Shown piece after piece: positions 31,395-42,278 of a DNA stretch of 64,000 bases (position 1 is the stretch's first letter; the number at the start of each line of letters is the position of its first letter). This DNA is from Burkholderiales bacterium. GTDB taxonomy: Bacteria; Pseudomonadota; Gammaproteobacteria; Burkholderiales; JAHFRG01. The notes beneath the pieces were generated by a model that saw only the letters and a list, made by a program, of their open reading frames with translations, was not told where the DNA came from and searched no databases. Where the stretch lies: the NCBI GenBank assembly GCA_036522275.1, contig DATDGC010000069.1, positions 19,721-83,720 of the forward strand, in the 5' to 3' direction. The position numbers were made by a program, and so were the translations under genes.

Positions 31395-33320
31395 ATGGCA
31401 AAGATCATTGGAATTGACCTGGGAACCACCAATTCGTGCGTTGCCGTCATGGAAGGCGGCAAACCCAAGGTCATCGAAAATTCAGAAGGCGCGCGCACCA
31501 CGCCTTCCATCGTCTCCTACATGAATGACGGGGAAATCTTGTGCGGCGCGCCGGCCAAGCGCCAGGCGGTGACCAACCCGAAAAACACCTTGTCTGCAGT
31601 GAAGCGGCTGATCGGCCGGCGTTTCAGCGAGAAAGAAGTGCAAAAAGACATTGGCCTGATGCCTTACAAAATCATCGAGAACAGCAACGGCGATGCCTGG
31701 ATCGAAGTGCAGGGGAAGAAGATCTCTCCGCCCGAAGTGTCCGCCCAGGTATTGATGAAAATGAAAAAGACCGCCGAGGACTATCTCGGCGAGAAGGTAG
31801 AGGAAGCGGTCATCACTACGCCGGCCTATTTCAACGATTCGCAGCGCCAGGCGACCAAGGATGCCGGGCGCATCGCCGGACTGGAAGTCAAGCGCATTAT
31901 CAACGAGCCGACCGCGGCGGCGCTCGCTTTCGGCCTGGACAAAAAGGAAGGCGACCGCAAGATTGCGGTCTACGACCTGGGCGGCGGCACTTTCGACATT
32001 TCCATCATCGAGATCGCCGTAGTCGAGGGCGAGCACCAGTTTGAGGTGCTGTCCACCAACGGCGACACCTTCCTCGGCGGTGAGGATTTCGACCAGCGGC
32101 TGATTGATTATCTGGCGGACGAATTCAAGAAAGAGCAAGGCATTGATCTGCGCAACGATGTGCTGGCTTTGCAACGCCTCAAGGAAGCGGCGGAAAAAGC
32201 CAAGATTGAGCTCTCCAGCACGCAACAGACCGAAGTCAATCTGCCGTACATCACGGCGGATGCACGCGGGCCGAAGCACCTCAATATCAAAATCACCCGC
32301 GCCAAATTCGAGAGCCTGGTTGAAGAACTGATCGAGCGCACCGTGGAGCCGTGCAAGATCGCGATCAAGGACGCCGGCGTGAAACTCTCCGACATCGAAG
32401 ACGTGATCCTGGTCGGCGGCCAGACGCGCACGCCCAAGGTACAGGAAAAAGTGAAAGAGATTTTCGGCAAAGAGCCGCGCAAGGACGTCAACCCGGATGA
32501 AGCGGTGGCGGTCGGCGCAGCTATCCAGGCCGGCGTGCTGCAGGGCGAAGTCAAAGACGTGCTGCTGCTCGATGTCACGCCGCTTTCTCTCGGCATCGAG
32601 ACCCTGGGCGGAGTAATGACCAAGCTCATCCAGAAAAACACCACCATTCCGACCAAGGCGCAACAGGTGTTCTCCACTGCCGATGACAATCAGACCGCGG
32701 TGACCATCCACGTGCTGCAGGGCGAGCGCAATATGGCCTCAGGCAACAAGAGCCTCGGTCAGTTTAATCTGACCGACATTCCGCCCGCGCCGCGTGGGCT
32801 TCCGCAGATCGAAGTCACTTTCGACATAGACGCCAACGGCATTTTGCACGTTTCGGCCAAGGACAAGGCGACCGGCAAGGAAAACAAGATCACCATCAAG
32901 GCGAGTTCCGGCCTGAAGGAAGAAGAAATACAGCGCATGGTCAAGGACGCCGAAGCGCACGCAGAAGAAGACCGCGAGGCGCTGGAACTGGTGAATGCGC
33001 GCAACCAGTGCGATGCTCTTATCCATTCAGTGAAAAAATCGCTGAAGGATTATGGCGAAAAACTCACGGCCGACGACAAGACCAAGATCGAGTCTGCGCT
33101 GAAAGATGCTGAAGCCGCTCTCAAGAGCGACGACAAGGCCAAGATCGATGCCAAGAGCCAGGCATTGGCCGAGGCTTCTCACAAGCTGGCGGAGCAAATC
33201 TACGCCCAGACTCAGGCGCAGCAGGCGCAAGCTGGCGCAGCCCCTGGCGACAGCGGCAAAAAATCGGATGACAGCAACGTAGTGGATGCCGAATTCGAGG
33301 AAGTGAAAGACAAGAAGTAA
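31395..33320 (+). CDS. dnaK: Molecular chaperone DnaK (Hsp70)
   Basis: 641-aa ORF containing [21 protein letters not shown] and VILVGGQTR. Confidence 0.98.
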   Translation: MAKIIGIDLGTTNSCVAVMEGGKPKVIENSEGARTTPSIVSYMNDGEILCGAPAKRQAVTNPKNTLSAVKRLIGRRFSEKEVQKDIGLMPYKIIENSNGDAWIEVQGKKISPPEVSAQVLMKMKKTAEDYLGEKVEEAVITTPAYFNDSQRQATKDAGRIAGLEVKRIINEPTAAALAFGLDKKEGDRKIAVYDLGGGTFDISIIEIAVVEGEHQFEVLSTNGDTFLGGEDFDQRLIDYLADEFKKEQGIDLRNDVLALQRLKEAAEKAKIELSSTQQTEVNLPYITADARGPKHLNIKITRAKFESLVEELIERTVEPCKIAIKDAGVKLSDIEDVILVGGQTRTPKVQEKVKEIFGKEPRKDVNPDEAVAVGAAIQAGVLQGEVKDVLLLDVTPLSLGIETLGGVMTKLIQKNTTIPTKAQQVFSTADDNQTAVTIHVLQGERNMASGNKSLGQFNLTDIPPAPRGLPQIEVTFDIDANGILHVSAKDKATGKENKITIKASSGLKEEEIQRMVKDAEAHAEEDREALELVNARNQCDALIHSVKKSLKDYGEKLTADDKTKIESALKDAEAALKSDDKAKIDAKSQALAEASHKLAEQIYAQTQAQQAQAGAAPGDSGKKSDDSNVVDAEFEEVKDKK

Positions 33321-33330
33321 AAACGCTAAT

Positions 33331-33403
33331 CTCAGAGGCACAGAGATATAGAGGGAGCAAAATGTTTGCTCTGCCGATACTCTGTGCCTCCGTGTCTTTG
33401 TAG
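33331..33403. repeat. Word-hairpin repeat (CACAGAG type) between dnaK and dnaJ
   Basis: GAGGCACAGAG (33335-33345) pairs perfectly with CTCTGTGCCTC (33380-33390). An inner stem pairs GAGCAAA with TTTGCTC. Confidence 0.7.
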
Positions 33404-33413
33404 TGATATTTTT

Positions 33414-34523
33414 ATGCCGAAAAAAGACTACTACGAAATACTCGGCGTCAACCGCGATGCCCCGGACCAGGAAATCAAGAAAGCTTATCGCAAGCTGGCG
33501 ATGAAGTATCATCCGGACCGCAATCCGGATAACCCCAAGGCCGAGGAGCAGTTCAAGGAAGCCAAGCAGGCGTACGAGACCCTCACCGATCCCGAGAAAC
33601 GCGCGGCCTATGATCAATTCGGTCATGCCGGGGTTGATCAGCAAGCGGGCATGGCCGGAGCAGGCGGCGGCTTTGCCGATGCCTTCAGCGATATTTTCAG
33701 CGATATCTTCGGCGACGTACGCGGCCGCTCCGGCGTCTACCGCGGCGCCGATCTGCGCTACAACCTGGAAATTTCGCTGGAAGAAGCAGCGCGCGGCAGC
33801 GAAACCCGCATCCGCATTCCCACCATGGCGGAATGCGAAACCTGCCACGGCTCCGGCGCCAAACCCGGCACCAAGCCGGTCACCTGCTCTACCTGCGGCG
33901 GCCACGGCCAAGTGCGCATGCAACAGGGCTTCTTCTCGATCCAGCAAACCTGCCCGAAGTGCCACGGCAGCGGCAAGGTCATTCAAGAGCCGTGCGTGAC
34001 ATGCCACGGCGCAGGCCGCCTCAAGCAGCATAAGACACTGTCGGTCAAGATACCGACGGGAATAGACGATGGCGACCGTGTCCGTTTGAGCAGCGAAGGC
34101 GAGGCCGGGGTCAACGGCGGGCCGCCGGGCGATTTATATGTGGTGATCCACATCAGGCCGCACCAGGTGTTTACCCGTGATCACAGCGATCTGCACTGCG
34201 AAATGCCGATCAGCTTTACCGCAGCTGCGCTCGGCGGGGAAATCGAAATTCCCACACTGGATGGCTACGCCAAGCTCAGGATTCCCGCCGAGACGCAAAG
34301 CGGCAAGGTATTCCGCTTGCGCGGCAAAGGCATCAAAGGCGTGCGCAGCTCATCCTACGGCGATCTGCTGTGCCACGTGGTGGTGGAAACACCGGTCAGT
34401 CTCACCCCGCGCCAGCGCGAGTTGCTGATGGAGCTGGAAACCATCAACCAGCGCGACGGCTCGCGCCACAACCCGCGCGCAAAGTCGTGGATGGATAAAG
34501 TCAAGGAGTTTTTCGCGCAGTAA
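33414..34523 (+). CDS. dnaJ: Molecular chaperone DnaJ
   Basis: Contains the J-domain [14 protein letters not shown] and four CxxCxGxG zinc motifs. I trimmed the start to ATG 33414. Confidence 0.96.
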   Translation: MPKKDYYEILGVNRDAPDQEIKKAYRKLAMKYHPDRNPDNPKAEEQFKEAKQAYETLTDPEKRAAYDQFGHAGVDQQAGMAGAGGGFADAFSDIFSDIFGDVRGRSGVYRGADLRYNLEISLEEAARGSETRIRIPTMAECETCHGSGAKPGTKPVTCSTCGGHGQVRMQQGFFSIQQTCPKCHGSGKVIQEPCVTCHGAGRLKQHKTLSVKIPTGIDDGDRVRLSSEGEAGVNGGPPGDLYVVIHIRPHQVFTRDHSDLHCEMPISFTAAALGGEIEIPTLDGYAKLRIPAETQSGKVFRLRGKGIKGVRSSSYGDLLCHVVVETPVSLTPRQRELLMELETINQRDGSRHNPRAKSWMDKVKEFFAQ

Positions 34524-34548
34524 GCAAATTTGATCAAACGGTAAACTG

Positions 34549-34575
34549 TGGGGCGGACAACCGCCCCATTTTTTT
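34549..34575 (+). terminator. Intrinsic terminator after dnaJ
   Basis: The stem pairs TGGGGCGG with CCGCCCCA around the loop ACAA, followed by TTTTTTT. Confidence 0.85.
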
Positions 34576-34631
34576 GCGGCGCCCCGCCGTTACGAGGAAG
34601 CGGCGCCGATTTCAACGCGGGCTTGCTGCGC

Positions 34632-36020
34632 TCAGGCGCGCCGCCAAACTGTTCCATGCGGCATGTCTTCAAGAACGATTCCAGCCTTCAGCAACTCGTC
34701 GCGAATGCGGTCGGATTCGGCGAAGTTGTTCGCCTTGCGCGCGGCAGCACGCGAAGCAATGAGTTCTTCGATGCGCGCTGGATTCAGGGCCGCGCGCGCG
34801 CCGGCTTCGTCCGTGCCCGGTACTGATTGCAGGTAAACTTGAGGCTCGCGCTGTAATAAGCCCAGAACTCCCGCAAGCGCCTTGAGCAAGCCCGCTTCAC
34901 CCGGCGATGCAGATTTGTTTACTTCGTTCGCCAGATCAAACAGCGCCGCAAATGCTTCAGGCGTGTTGAAGTCATCATCCATTGCTTCCTTGAAACGCAT
35001 CGCGTAGGGTTCCTGCCAATTTATCTTCACCTTTGCTGCATCAACCCCTTTTAACGCGGTATAAAGCCTGGTCAACGCGTGCCGCGCGTCGTCGATGTGC
35101 TGGTCGGAATAACTCAAAGGGCTGCGGTAATGCGTGCGCAGGATGAAAAAGCGCACCACCTCCGGGTCGTATTTTTTCAGTATCTCGCGCACAGTGAAAA
35201 AATTGCCGAGTGACTTGGACATTTTTTGCTCATCCACTCGCACGAAACCGTTGTGCATCCAGTAATTGACAAAGGTGTGGCCGTTGGCGCCTTCGGATTG
35301 GGCAATTTCGTTTTCGTGGTGGGGAAACTGCAAATCCTGCCCGCCGCCGTGAATATCAAAGTGGCTGCCAAGATGGCGCTCGCTCATCACCGAGCACTCG
35401 ATATGCCAGCCGGGGCGTCCTTTGCCCCACGGTGAATCCCATTCGGGCTCGCCGGGCTTGGCCGCTTTCCACAGAACGAAATCCAGCGGGTCGTGTTTAT
35501 CCGTACTGATTTCCACGCGCTCCCCCGCGCGCAAGTCATCCAGCGATTTGCCTGAGAGCTTGCCGTAACCGGGAAACTTGTGCACGGCATAATACACATC
35601 GCCATTGGCGGCGCGGTAAGCAAGACCCTTGTCCATGAGTTTTTCGATCATCCGCACCATGTCGGGAACATAAGCGGTGGCGCGCGGCTCGGACACCGGC
35701 TTCTCCACCCCCAATGCGGCGGCATCTTCGTGCATGGCCTGAGTGAAGCGCGCGGTGAGCGCGGTGACTGGCTCGCTATTTTCGGCGGCGCGCTTGATAA
35801 TTTTGTCGTCAATGTCAGTGATGTTGCGCACATAATTCACCGCATACCCCGACGCCCTGAACCAGCGCTGCACCATGTCGAACACCATCAGCACACGCGC
35901 ATGCCCGAGGTGGCAGTAGTCGTAGACCGTCATGCCGCAGATGTACATGCTCACCTTGCCGGGGTTGATTGCTACGAACGGCTGCTTTTCGCGGGTCAGG
36001 GTGTTGTAGATTTTGAGCAT
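34632..36020 (-). CDS. cysS: Cysteine--tRNA ligase
   Basis: 462-aa ORF with [15 protein letters not shown] (HIGH region) and KMSKS. Confidence 0.96.
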   Translation of the reverse strand: MLKIYNTLTREKQPFVAINPGKVSMYICGMTVYDYCHLGHARVLMVFDMVQRWFRASGYAVNYVRNITDIDDKIIKRAAENSEPVTALTARFTQAMHEDAAALGVEKPVSEPRATAYVPDMVRMIEKLMDKGLAYRAANGDVYYAVHKFPGYGKLSGKSLDDLRAGERVEISTDKHDPLDFVLWKAAKPGEPEWDSPWGKGRPGWHIECSVMSERHLGSHFDIHGGGQDLQFPHHENEIAQSEGANGHTFVNYWMHNGFVRVDEQKMSKSLGNFFTVREILKKYDPEVVRFFILRTHYRSPLSYSDQHIDDARHALTRLYTALKGVDAAKVKINWQEPYAMRFKEAMDDDFNTPEAFAALFDLANEVNKSASPGEAGLLKALAGVLGLLQREPQVYLQSVPGTDEAGARAALNPARIEELIASRAAARKANNFAESDRIRDELLKAGIVLEDMPHGTVWRRA

Positions 36021-36105
36021 GGCTTCCGGGAAGAGATGTGAGCAAGATCATCAGCTGGTGTAACGGGCCGCAAAATAGGCTTGTCCAGCAGGCATCAGAG
36101 GATAA

Positions 36106-36135
36106 TTGTGATTTAAGCGGGCTTCTTGGTAGAAT
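36106..36135 (+). promoter_or_regulatory. Candidate sigma70 promoter with extended -10
   Basis: TTGTGA, an 18-nt spacer that ends in TGG, then TAGAAT. It lies 40 nt upstream of ATG 36175. Confidence 0.4.
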
Positions 36136-36174
36136 CAGCTTATTTTGAATTTAAAGGCGAAAAAGTATACCACA

Positions 36175-37176
36175 ATGAAAAAACCCAACATTGCGGCTTT
36201 GCTCTTGTTGCTGGCACTGGCGATGTTCGGCCTGTGGGCGGCGGCTGACGAATTGCAGGACGCCAACGCGCTGTTCAAGCAAGGCAATCAGGCGCAAGCG
36301 CTGGATAAGGTGAACAGCTATCTCGCCAGTCACCCCAAGGATGCCAAGGCGCGCTTCCTGCAAGGCCTGATTTTCACCGAGCAAAACAAGACTGCGGAAG
36401 CGATCAAGGTATTCACCTTGCTCACCGAGGATTATCCCGAACTGCCGGAGCCGTACAACAATTTGGCGGTGCTGTATGCCGCACAGGGCCAATACGACAA
36501 GGCCAGAAACGCGCTGGAAACCGCGATACGCACGCATCCCAGTTACGCCACCGCCCACGAAAACCTCGGCGATATCTACGCCAAGCTGGCAACACAGGCG
36601 TATGACAAAGCCCTGCAGTTCGACAAAACCAATACCACTGCGCAAACCAAGCTGGAACTCATCAAGGAGCTGTTTCCTAGCAGCCCGCGGGCGGCAAAGG
36701 TAACCGCCAAAACCGATACCGCGAAAACCGACACAGTAGCCGCAGTCACTCCATCAACTCCAGAGCCGCAACAAGTAAAAACGGATAATGCAGCCAAGGA
36801 GAATCAGCCGGTCGCCACAGCCGCTGCAGGCGACGATACCCAAGATGTACTCAAAACCGTCAATGATTGGGCCAAGGCTTGGTCGAAAGGTGATGTTGCT
36901 GCCTATCTCGCCTTCTATGCACAGGACTTCAAAACACCCAACGGGGAAAGCCGCGAGGCTTGGGAAAAATCCCGCAAAGAACGCATCTCCAAGTCCATGT
37001 CCATACAGGTTACAGTCTTAGACCCTAAAGTCACGCTCACTGACGCAACGCACGCCAAGGCCGGCTTCAAGCAGGATTATCTCTCCAAAACCTTGAAAAG
37101 CACGACAGCAAAAAACCTGCTTCTGGTCAAATCAGGTGACAAGTGGTTAATTCAAAGAGAACAGGCAGGCCATTGA
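36175..37176 (+). CDS. TPR-repeat protein with signal peptide and a C-terminal domain shared with the next gene
   Basis: The N-terminus is MKKPNIAALLLLLALAMFGLWA, followed by TPR units (NNLAVLYAAQGQYDKARNALETAIRTHP). The C-terminal domain contains WAKAWSKGDVAAYLAFYAQDF. The ORF-track start TTG 36145 is less likely. Confidence 0.8.
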   Translation: MKKPNIAALLLLLALAMFGLWAAADELQDANALFKQGNQAQALDKVNSYLASHPKDAKARFLQGLIFTEQNKTAEAIKVFTLLTEDYPELPEPYNNLAVLYAAQGQYDKARNALETAIRTHPSYATAHENLGDIYAKLATQAYDKALQFDKTNTTAQTKLELIKELFPSSPRAAKVTAKTDTAKTDTVAAVTPSTPEPQQVKTDNAAKENQPVATAAAGDDTQDVLKTVNDWAKAWSKGDVAAYLAFYAQDFKTPNGESREAWEKSRKERISKSMSIQVTVLDPKVTLTDATHAKAGFKQDYLSKTLKSTTAKNLLLVKSGDKWLIQREQAGH

Positions 37177-37217
37177 AACATCCAGGGCACAATGCTCCCC
37201 GCTCTCTTAAGCGGCAT

Positions 37218-38426
37218 ATGATGCATAAGCTCGCCTATGGCGCTGCGCTTGGATTAACCCTGGGCCTCGCGGGCAGCGCCTCTTCCATGAATGACCAGGC
37301 CCTGCAAGCGGCAGTTGCGCACGCGCCGCAAGAACCTGAAGCGCTGTTGGTCAACAGTCTGCTGGAAATCAGCCGCAACCGGCTGGATATGGCGATGGTT
37401 GAAATCGATAACGCGATCAAAGCCAATCCCAATTTCAGGCTGGCGCACTTAATCAAGGGCGATTTGCTGCTCGCGCACACCCGCCCCATCAACACCATCG
37501 GCGACGCGCCGAATGCCCCGCGCCAGCGCATCGTGGAGTTGCGCGAGGAAGCCAAGGCCCGTTTGCAGCGTCGCAGCCAGAATCCGCCGCTTGACTACAT
37601 ACCGAAATATCTGCTGCAAATGCATCCCGGGCAGCATTACGCCATCGTCGTAGATATCTCGCTCTCCACTTTGTACCTGTATCAGAACTTGGACGGGGAG
37701 CCGCGTTATGTAACCGATTACTACATCAGCAGCGGGAAGAACGGCGTGGAAAAACTGAAAGAGGGCGACCAAAGAACGCCGCTCGGAGTGTATTTTGTCA
37801 CGGCAACCCTTCCCAAATCGCAGCTTTCCGATTTCTACGGTGCGGGCGCCTATCCCATCAGCTACCCCAACGAATGGGACCGCCAGCACGGCCGCAACGG
37901 CCACGGCATCTGGCTGCACGGCACACCCAGCGACACCTACAGCAGGCCGCCGCGCTCAAGTAATGGCTGCGTGGTGCTCACCAACCAGGACCTCACCACG
38001 CTCAGCAAGACTCTGCAAATCGGTTTGACCCCGGTCATCATCAGCGAACATGTGGAATGGATGAGTCCCGAAAATTGGCACGCGCAACGCAACGCGCTGG
38101 TAAGCCAAATCGAAAACTGGCGGCGTGACTGGGAAAACCGCGATACCGACGCGTATTTGCGCCACTACGCTAAAAACTTTAACGCCAACGGCCATACCCT
38201 GGGCCAGTGGGCAAAGCAAAAACGCCGGGTGAATGCCGCCAAAACCTGGATTAAGGTTGACGTGTCCAATGTCAGCATGTTTCTTTATCCAGGCTATGAA
38301 AACCTTGCGGTGGTCAACTTTGACCAGGATTATTCCAGCAGCAACCTCTCCACCCAGATGAAAAAACGGCAATACTGGATCAAGGAAAATAACCACTGGA
38401 AGATTATTTACGAAGACGCGGCATAA
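37218..38426 (+). CDS. L,D-transpeptidase (YkuD family) with a C-terminal domain paralogous to the previous gene
   Basis: The catalytic motif is HGIWLHGTPSDTYSRPPRSSNGCVVL (His..Cys). A signal peptide follows MMHKLAYGAALGL. The C-terminal domain contains WRRDWENRDTDAYLRHYAKNF. Confidence 0.85.
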   Translation: MMHKLAYGAALGLTLGLAGSASSMNDQALQAAVAHAPQEPEALLVNSLLEISRNRLDMAMVEIDNAIKANPNFRLAHLIKGDLLLAHTRPINTIGDAPNAPRQRIVELREEAKARLQRRSQNPPLDYIPKYLLQMHPGQHYAIVVDISLSTLYLYQNLDGEPRYVTDYYISSGKNGVEKLKEGDQRTPLGVYFVTATLPKSQLSDFYGAGAYPISYPNEWDRQHGRNGHGIWLHGTPSDTYSRPPRSSNGCVVLTNQDLTTLSKTLQIGLTPVIISEHVEWMSPENWHAQRNALVSQIENWRRDWENRDTDAYLRHYAKNFNANGHTLGQWAKQKRRVNAAKTWIKVDVSNVSMFLYPGYENLAVVNFDQDYSSSNLSTQMKKRQYWIKENNHWKIIYEDAA

Positions 38427-38492
38427 AACCAGGGCTCAACCGGTTTAATTCACATGCTGCAGCCTTGACCCACAATGCCGGAAGGACACAAA

Positions 38493-38984
38493 ATGGTTAA
38501 ATTACACACCAGCTTCGGCACTATCACGCTGCAACTGGACGCCGAAAAAGCCCCGATTTCGTCGGCCAATTTTCTCAAATACGCGGAAGACGGCTTTTAT
38601 GGCAACACGCTATTTCATCGCGTAATTGACGGCTTCATGATACAAGGCGGTGGATTCGAGCCCGGAATGAAGCAAAAAGCAACGGTGCCGCAAATTCAAA
38701 ATGAGGCGAACAACAGGCTTAAAAACGAAGCCTATACCATAGCCATGGCGCGCACCAGTGATCCCCATTCCGCCACTAGCCAGTTCTTCATCAACGTCGC
38801 TGACAACGCGTTCCTGAACTTCACCGCCCCCACCCCGCAGGGTTACGGTTATTGCGTGTTCGGCCGAGTGATGAATGGAACCGAAGTGGTGGACAAAATT
38901 AAGAAAGTCAAAACCGGAAGCCGCCCCGGCCATCAGGACGTGCCGTTGCAAGACGTTATTATCCAAAGCGTCGAAGTAGTTTGA
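38493..38984 (+). CDS. ppiB: Peptidyl-prolyl cis-trans isomerase B (cyclophilin)
   Basis: Contains [14 protein letters not shown] and SATSQFFIN, with no signal peptide. The RBS GGAAGGA lies upstream of ATG 38493. Confidence 0.93.
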   Translation: MVKLHTSFGTITLQLDAEKAPISSANFLKYAEDGFYGNTLFHRVIDGFMIQGGGFEPGMKQKATVPQIQNEANNRLKNEAYTIAMARTSDPHSATSQFFINVADNAFLNFTAPTPQGYGYCVFGRVMNGTEVVDKIKKVKTGSRPGHQDVPLQDVIIQSVEVV

Positions 38985-39043
38985 AACCGGATTCAGGATT
39001 GAGTTAACCCTCTTCTGTAACGCTTACTGTGCCACGAAGCCTG

Positions 39044-39766
39044 ATGAAACCCACTTTATTCATCTCCGATCTTCACCTGTGCGTTAGCCGCCCGCACATC
39101 AACCGCGTTTTTTTCACTTTCATGGAGCGCATCGCAGTGAAGAGTAAAGCGCTGTATGTGCTGGGCGATTTGTTTGAGTACTGGGCAGGCGATGATGATC
39201 TCGATGACTCTTTCAACGCGCAGGTGATTTCTGCTTTCCGCAATCTGACCGAGCAGCAGGTGGCGCTTTACATCATGCACGGCAACCGCGACTTTCTGAT
39301 GGGTGAGGCCTTCGCTTGCGCCTGCACCGCGCAGCTTGTGCCTGATCCAAGCCTGATAGACCTCTACGGCACACCCACCCTGCTGATGCACGGCGACACG
39401 CTTTGCACCGACGATACCGCTTACCAGACGTTCCGCGCCCAGGTTAGAAACCCGGCCTGGCAGAAAACTTTCCTCTCGCAGCCGCTCGCGGAGCGCAAGG
39501 TGGCGATTGAAAAAGTACGCGCGCAAAGCGAGCAGGAAAAAGGCCAAAAACCTGAAGCCATCATGGATGTGGCCCCCGTGGCAGTGGAAAAAATGCTGCG
39601 CGAATACCATTATCCGCGACTGATACACGGCCATACCCACCGCCCGGCCAAGCACTCGCATCAGTTGGACGGCAAGACCTGTGAACGCTGGGTGTTAAGC
39701 GACTGGTACAAACACGGCGAGTATTTGCGCTGCGACGATTCCGGTTGCAGCGCCATCAAGCTGTAA
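39044..39766 (+). CDS. lpxH: UDP-2,3-diacylglucosamine diphosphatase
   Basis: Contains the calcineurin-like motifs ISDLHL, GDLFEYW, GNRDFL and GHTHRP, and follows ppiB as in E. coli. Confidence 0.92.
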   Translation: MKPTLFISDLHLCVSRPHINRVFFTFMERIAVKSKALYVLGDLFEYWAGDDDLDDSFNAQVISAFRNLTEQQVALYIMHGNRDFLMGEAFACACTAQLVPDPSLIDLYGTPTLLMHGDTLCTDDTAYQTFRAQVRNPAWQKTFLSQPLAERKVAIEKVRAQSEQEKGQKPEAIMDVAPVAVEKMLREYHYPRLIHGHTHRPAKHSHQLDGKTCERWVLSDWYKHGEYLRCDDSGCSAIKL

Positions 39767-39787
39767 CCTCATCTATATGGAGGCAAC

Positions 39788-40411
39788 ATGAAACTCTACG
39801 GCTTTCCCCTTTCCCCGAACACGCGCAAGGTGATCGCGGTCGCCAAACATCTCGGCCTGCCGCTGGAGTTACAAGTTGTGGACCTCGGCAAAGGAGAACA
39901 GCGGCGACCGGAATTCATGAAACTCAATCCCAACGCTAAGACGCCGGTACTAGTGGACGGCGATTTCGTGCTGTGGGAATCGACCGCTATCATGGAATAT
40001 CTGGCCTCGAAAAAACCCGGCAACAGCCTGTGGCCGAACGATGCGCGGCAGCGCGCTGATATTTCACGCTGGCTGTGCTGGACCATTGCGCACTGGGGGC
40101 CAGCCTGCGGCATTTTTCTGTGGGAAAACATGATCAAGAAAATGCTGAACATGGGCGAGCCCGACGCGGCAAAATTGAAAGATGGCGAGACTCAATTCCA
40201 GACGCTGGCAAGCGTTCTGGACAGCCACTTGAAGGGCCGCGAATACCTCACCAGCTCCCAAGTAACTCTAGCGGATTTCTCGGCGGCGTCCTGGATCGCC
40301 TACGCCGATGCCGCGTGCATGCCTTGGGCGTCCTATTCCAGCATCAAGAGCTGGTACGCGCGCATGGACAAGCTTCCTGCATGGCGCGACAGCGCGCCAA
40401 AGATGGGCTAA
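39788..40411 (+). CDS. Glutathione S-transferase family protein
   Basis: The N-terminal thioredoxin-like part reads MKLYGFPLSPNTRKV..NPNAKTPVLVDGDFVLWESTAIMEYL. Confidence 0.85.
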   Translation: MKLYGFPLSPNTRKVIAVAKHLGLPLELQVVDLGKGEQRRPEFMKLNPNAKTPVLVDGDFVLWESTAIMEYLASKKPGNSLWPNDARQRADISRWLCWTIAHWGPACGIFLWENMIKKMLNMGEPDAAKLKDGETQFQTLASVLDSHLKGREYLTSSQVTLADFSAASWIAYADAACMPWASYSSIKSWYARMDKLPAWRDSAPKMG

Positions 40412-40417
40412 CAACGG

Positions 40418-40987
40418 CTACGCCGGGTTGCGTGAAAGCCAGTTGATGACCTGCTGCGCGTTCTGGTCGGGCGGAAACACCGGATAAAACACTTTCACAA
40501 TCCGCCCGTCGCGCACGATCAAGGTAAGCCGCTTGATCAGTGTCATCTCTCCCACTTCAAAAGTAGGCAGACGCAGCGCACTGACGAATTGAAGCTCCCC
40601 GTCGCTTAATAACGCAAAGGGCAGATGCAGCCTTTGCGCGGCTTCCTGCTGATACCCCGTGTTTTGCGTGCTCAAGCCAAACACGCTTGCGCCGAGCGTG
40701 TTCAGCTCATCATAATGATCACGAAAGGCACAGGACTGCGGTGTGCATCCTCTTGCTCCCGGAATCTCGTTCCAACCTTTCGGCATTTCTTGATCCGGCC
40801 TGCCGGTGCGGGGATAACAGTAAAACACCGTGGTTCCGGCCAGACTCGATAATTCCACCTTGCCGCCGCTGGTTACAGGCAAGGCTATCGAAGGCAGGCG
40901 CAAACCTAGCAGATGATTACATGCGCCGTCATCCACCGGGAGCGGCAGATTTTCAGGCAGCTGGTAAATGCTGTCAGTTCTTGGCAC
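40418..40987 (-). CDS. Peroxiredoxin/AhpC-TSA family thiol peroxidase
   Basis: Contains FYCYPRTG..GCTPQSC and a redoxin fold pattern. It is directly adjacent to the metZ stop. Confidence 0.8.
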   Translation of the reverse strand: MPRTDSIYQLPENLPLPVDDGACNHLLGLRLPSIALPVTSGGKVELSSLAGTTVFYCYPRTGRPDQEMPKGWNEIPGARGCTPQSCAFRDHYDELNTLGASVFGLSTQNTGYQQEAAQRLHLPFALLSDGELQFVSALRLPTFEVGEMTLIKRLTLIVRDGRIVKVFYPVFPPDQNAQQVINWLSRNPA

Positions 40988-40988
40988 G

Positions 40989-42167
40989 CTAAACGTTTTT
41001 CAAGCCGCGCTCAACGTCGGCCTTAATATCGTCCATCGCTTCCAATCCAACCGCAATCCTAAGCAATCCATCCACCACCCCTGCCGCGCTGCGCGCTTCC
41101 TGGGAAATGCGCCCATGCGTCGTGGAGGCGGGATGGGTAATCGTACTTTTCACGTCGCCGAGATTGGCGGTGATTGAAATCATGCGGGTTGCATCCACCA
41201 CCCGCCACGCCGCCTGCTTGCCGCCTTTCACCGTAAAGGAAACGATGCCGCCGCCCGTTTTTTGTTGCTGCAAAGCCAAGCGGTGCTGGGGATGCGAAGG
41301 CAATCCAGGGTAATACACCTTCTCTATCACAGGCTGTTTCTCCAGCCAGCGCGCAAGTTCCAGGGCATTCGCTGAGTGCGCATCCATTCTGATTTTCAAG
41401 GTCTCCATGCCTTTTAACAGTACCCAGGCATTAAACGCACTTAAAGTCGGCCCGGCAGTGCGCAGAAACCCGAATACGCCTTCCATGATGACATCGCGTT
41501 TCCCCAGCACCGCGCCGCCCAACACCCTACCCTGCCCGTCGAGATACTTGGTGGCGGAATGGATGATGATGTCGGCGCCGAATTCCAGCGGCCGCTGCAG
41601 CATCGGGGTGCAGAAACAGTTGTCCACCACCAGCCACGCGCCGGCCTTCTTTGCAACCCGGCTCAACGCAGCAATATCGGATATTTCGGTGAGCGGATTG
41701 GAAGGCGTTTCCAGGAATAGTATTTTGGTGTTGGGTTTTACCGCCGCATGCCAGGCGTTCACATCGGTCGCCGAAACGAAAGTGGTTTCCACGCCGAAAC
41801 GCGAGAAAATGTTATTGAAGAGCTGCACGGTGGCGCCGAAAATGCTATGTGAAGCGATGATGTGATCACCGCTTTTGAGTAAACCCATGACGCAGGCGAG
41901 TATTGCCGACATGCCGGAAGCGGTAGCGACACAGGCTTCCGCCCCTTCCAGTGCGGCAAGCCGCTCCTGGAACGCGGTGACGGTGGGGTTGGTGAAACGC
42001 GAATAGATATTGCCGGGCTCGTCTCCCGCAAAGCGCGCCGCCGCCTGCGCCGCATTCTCAAACACGAAGCTCGAAGTGAGGTATAACGCTTCCGAGTGCT
42101 CGTTGAACTGGCTGCGGTGGGTGCCGGCGCGCAGCGCCAGGGTTTCCAATTGGTAATCGTCAGACAT
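40989..42167 (-). CDS. metZ: O-succinylhomoserine sulfhydrylase
   Basis: Cys/Met-metabolism PLP enzyme with SATKYLDGQG (PLP lysine) and an N-terminus LETLALRAG typical of MetZ. I trimmed the start to ATG 42167, which has GGGGA upstream. Confidence 0.88.
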   Translation of the reverse strand: MSDDYQLETLALRAGTHRSQFNEHSEALYLTSSFVFENAAQAAARFAGDEPGNIYSRFTNPTVTAFQERLAALEGAEACVATASGMSAILACVMGLLKSGDHIIASHSIFGATVQLFNNIFSRFGVETTFVSATDVNAWHAAVKPNTKILFLETPSNPLTEISDIAALSRVAKKAGAWLVVDNCFCTPMLQRPLEFGADIIIHSATKYLDGQGRVLGGAVLGKRDVIMEGVFGFLRTAGPTLSAFNAWVLLKGMETLKIRMDAHSANALELARWLEKQPVIEKVYYPGLPSHPQHRLALQQQKTGGGIVSFTVKGGKQAAWRVVDATRMISITANLGDVKSTITHPASTTHGRISQEARSAAGVVDGLLRIAVGLEAMDDIKADVERGLKNV

Positions 42168-42180
42168 AGTTCGTCCCCTG

Positions 42181-42216
42181 AAAAACAAAAACCCGGTCGC
42201 TTGCGCGGACCGGGTT
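42181..42216 (-). terminator. Intrinsic terminator or attenuator between purF and metZ
   Basis: On the minus strand the stem pairs AACCCGGTC with GACCGGGTT around the loop CGCGCAAGC, followed by TTTGTTTTT. It ends 14 nt upstream of the metZ ATG. Confidence 0.7.
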
Positions 42217-42221
42217 GGCCT

Positions 42222-42267
42222 CGCTTTAGCGGCATTTGTAACGCGCCCGCAAGCTGATATCAAATCG
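42222..42267 (-). promoter_or_regulatory. Candidate SAM-II (SAM_alpha)-like riboswitch aptamer
   Basis: The minus strand reads CGATTTGATATCAGCTTGCGGGCGCGTTACAAATGCCGCTAAAGCG. ATTTG pairs with CAAAT, and the loop sequence AGCTTGCGG(G)C is complementary to the 3' tail GCCGC..AAGC, giving an H-type pseudoknot. I matched it to the consensus from memory only. Confidence 0.35.
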
Positions 42268-42278
42268 GCGCAGTTATT

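Noticed and set aside
31482-34031. Long antisense ORFs opposite dnaK (31482-32711, 409 aa) and dnaJ (33027-34031, 334 aa)
   Set aside because: Long open antisense frames in hsp70 genes are a known codon-bias artefact. The translated sequences are low-complexity (R/L/A/G-rich) and have no start context.
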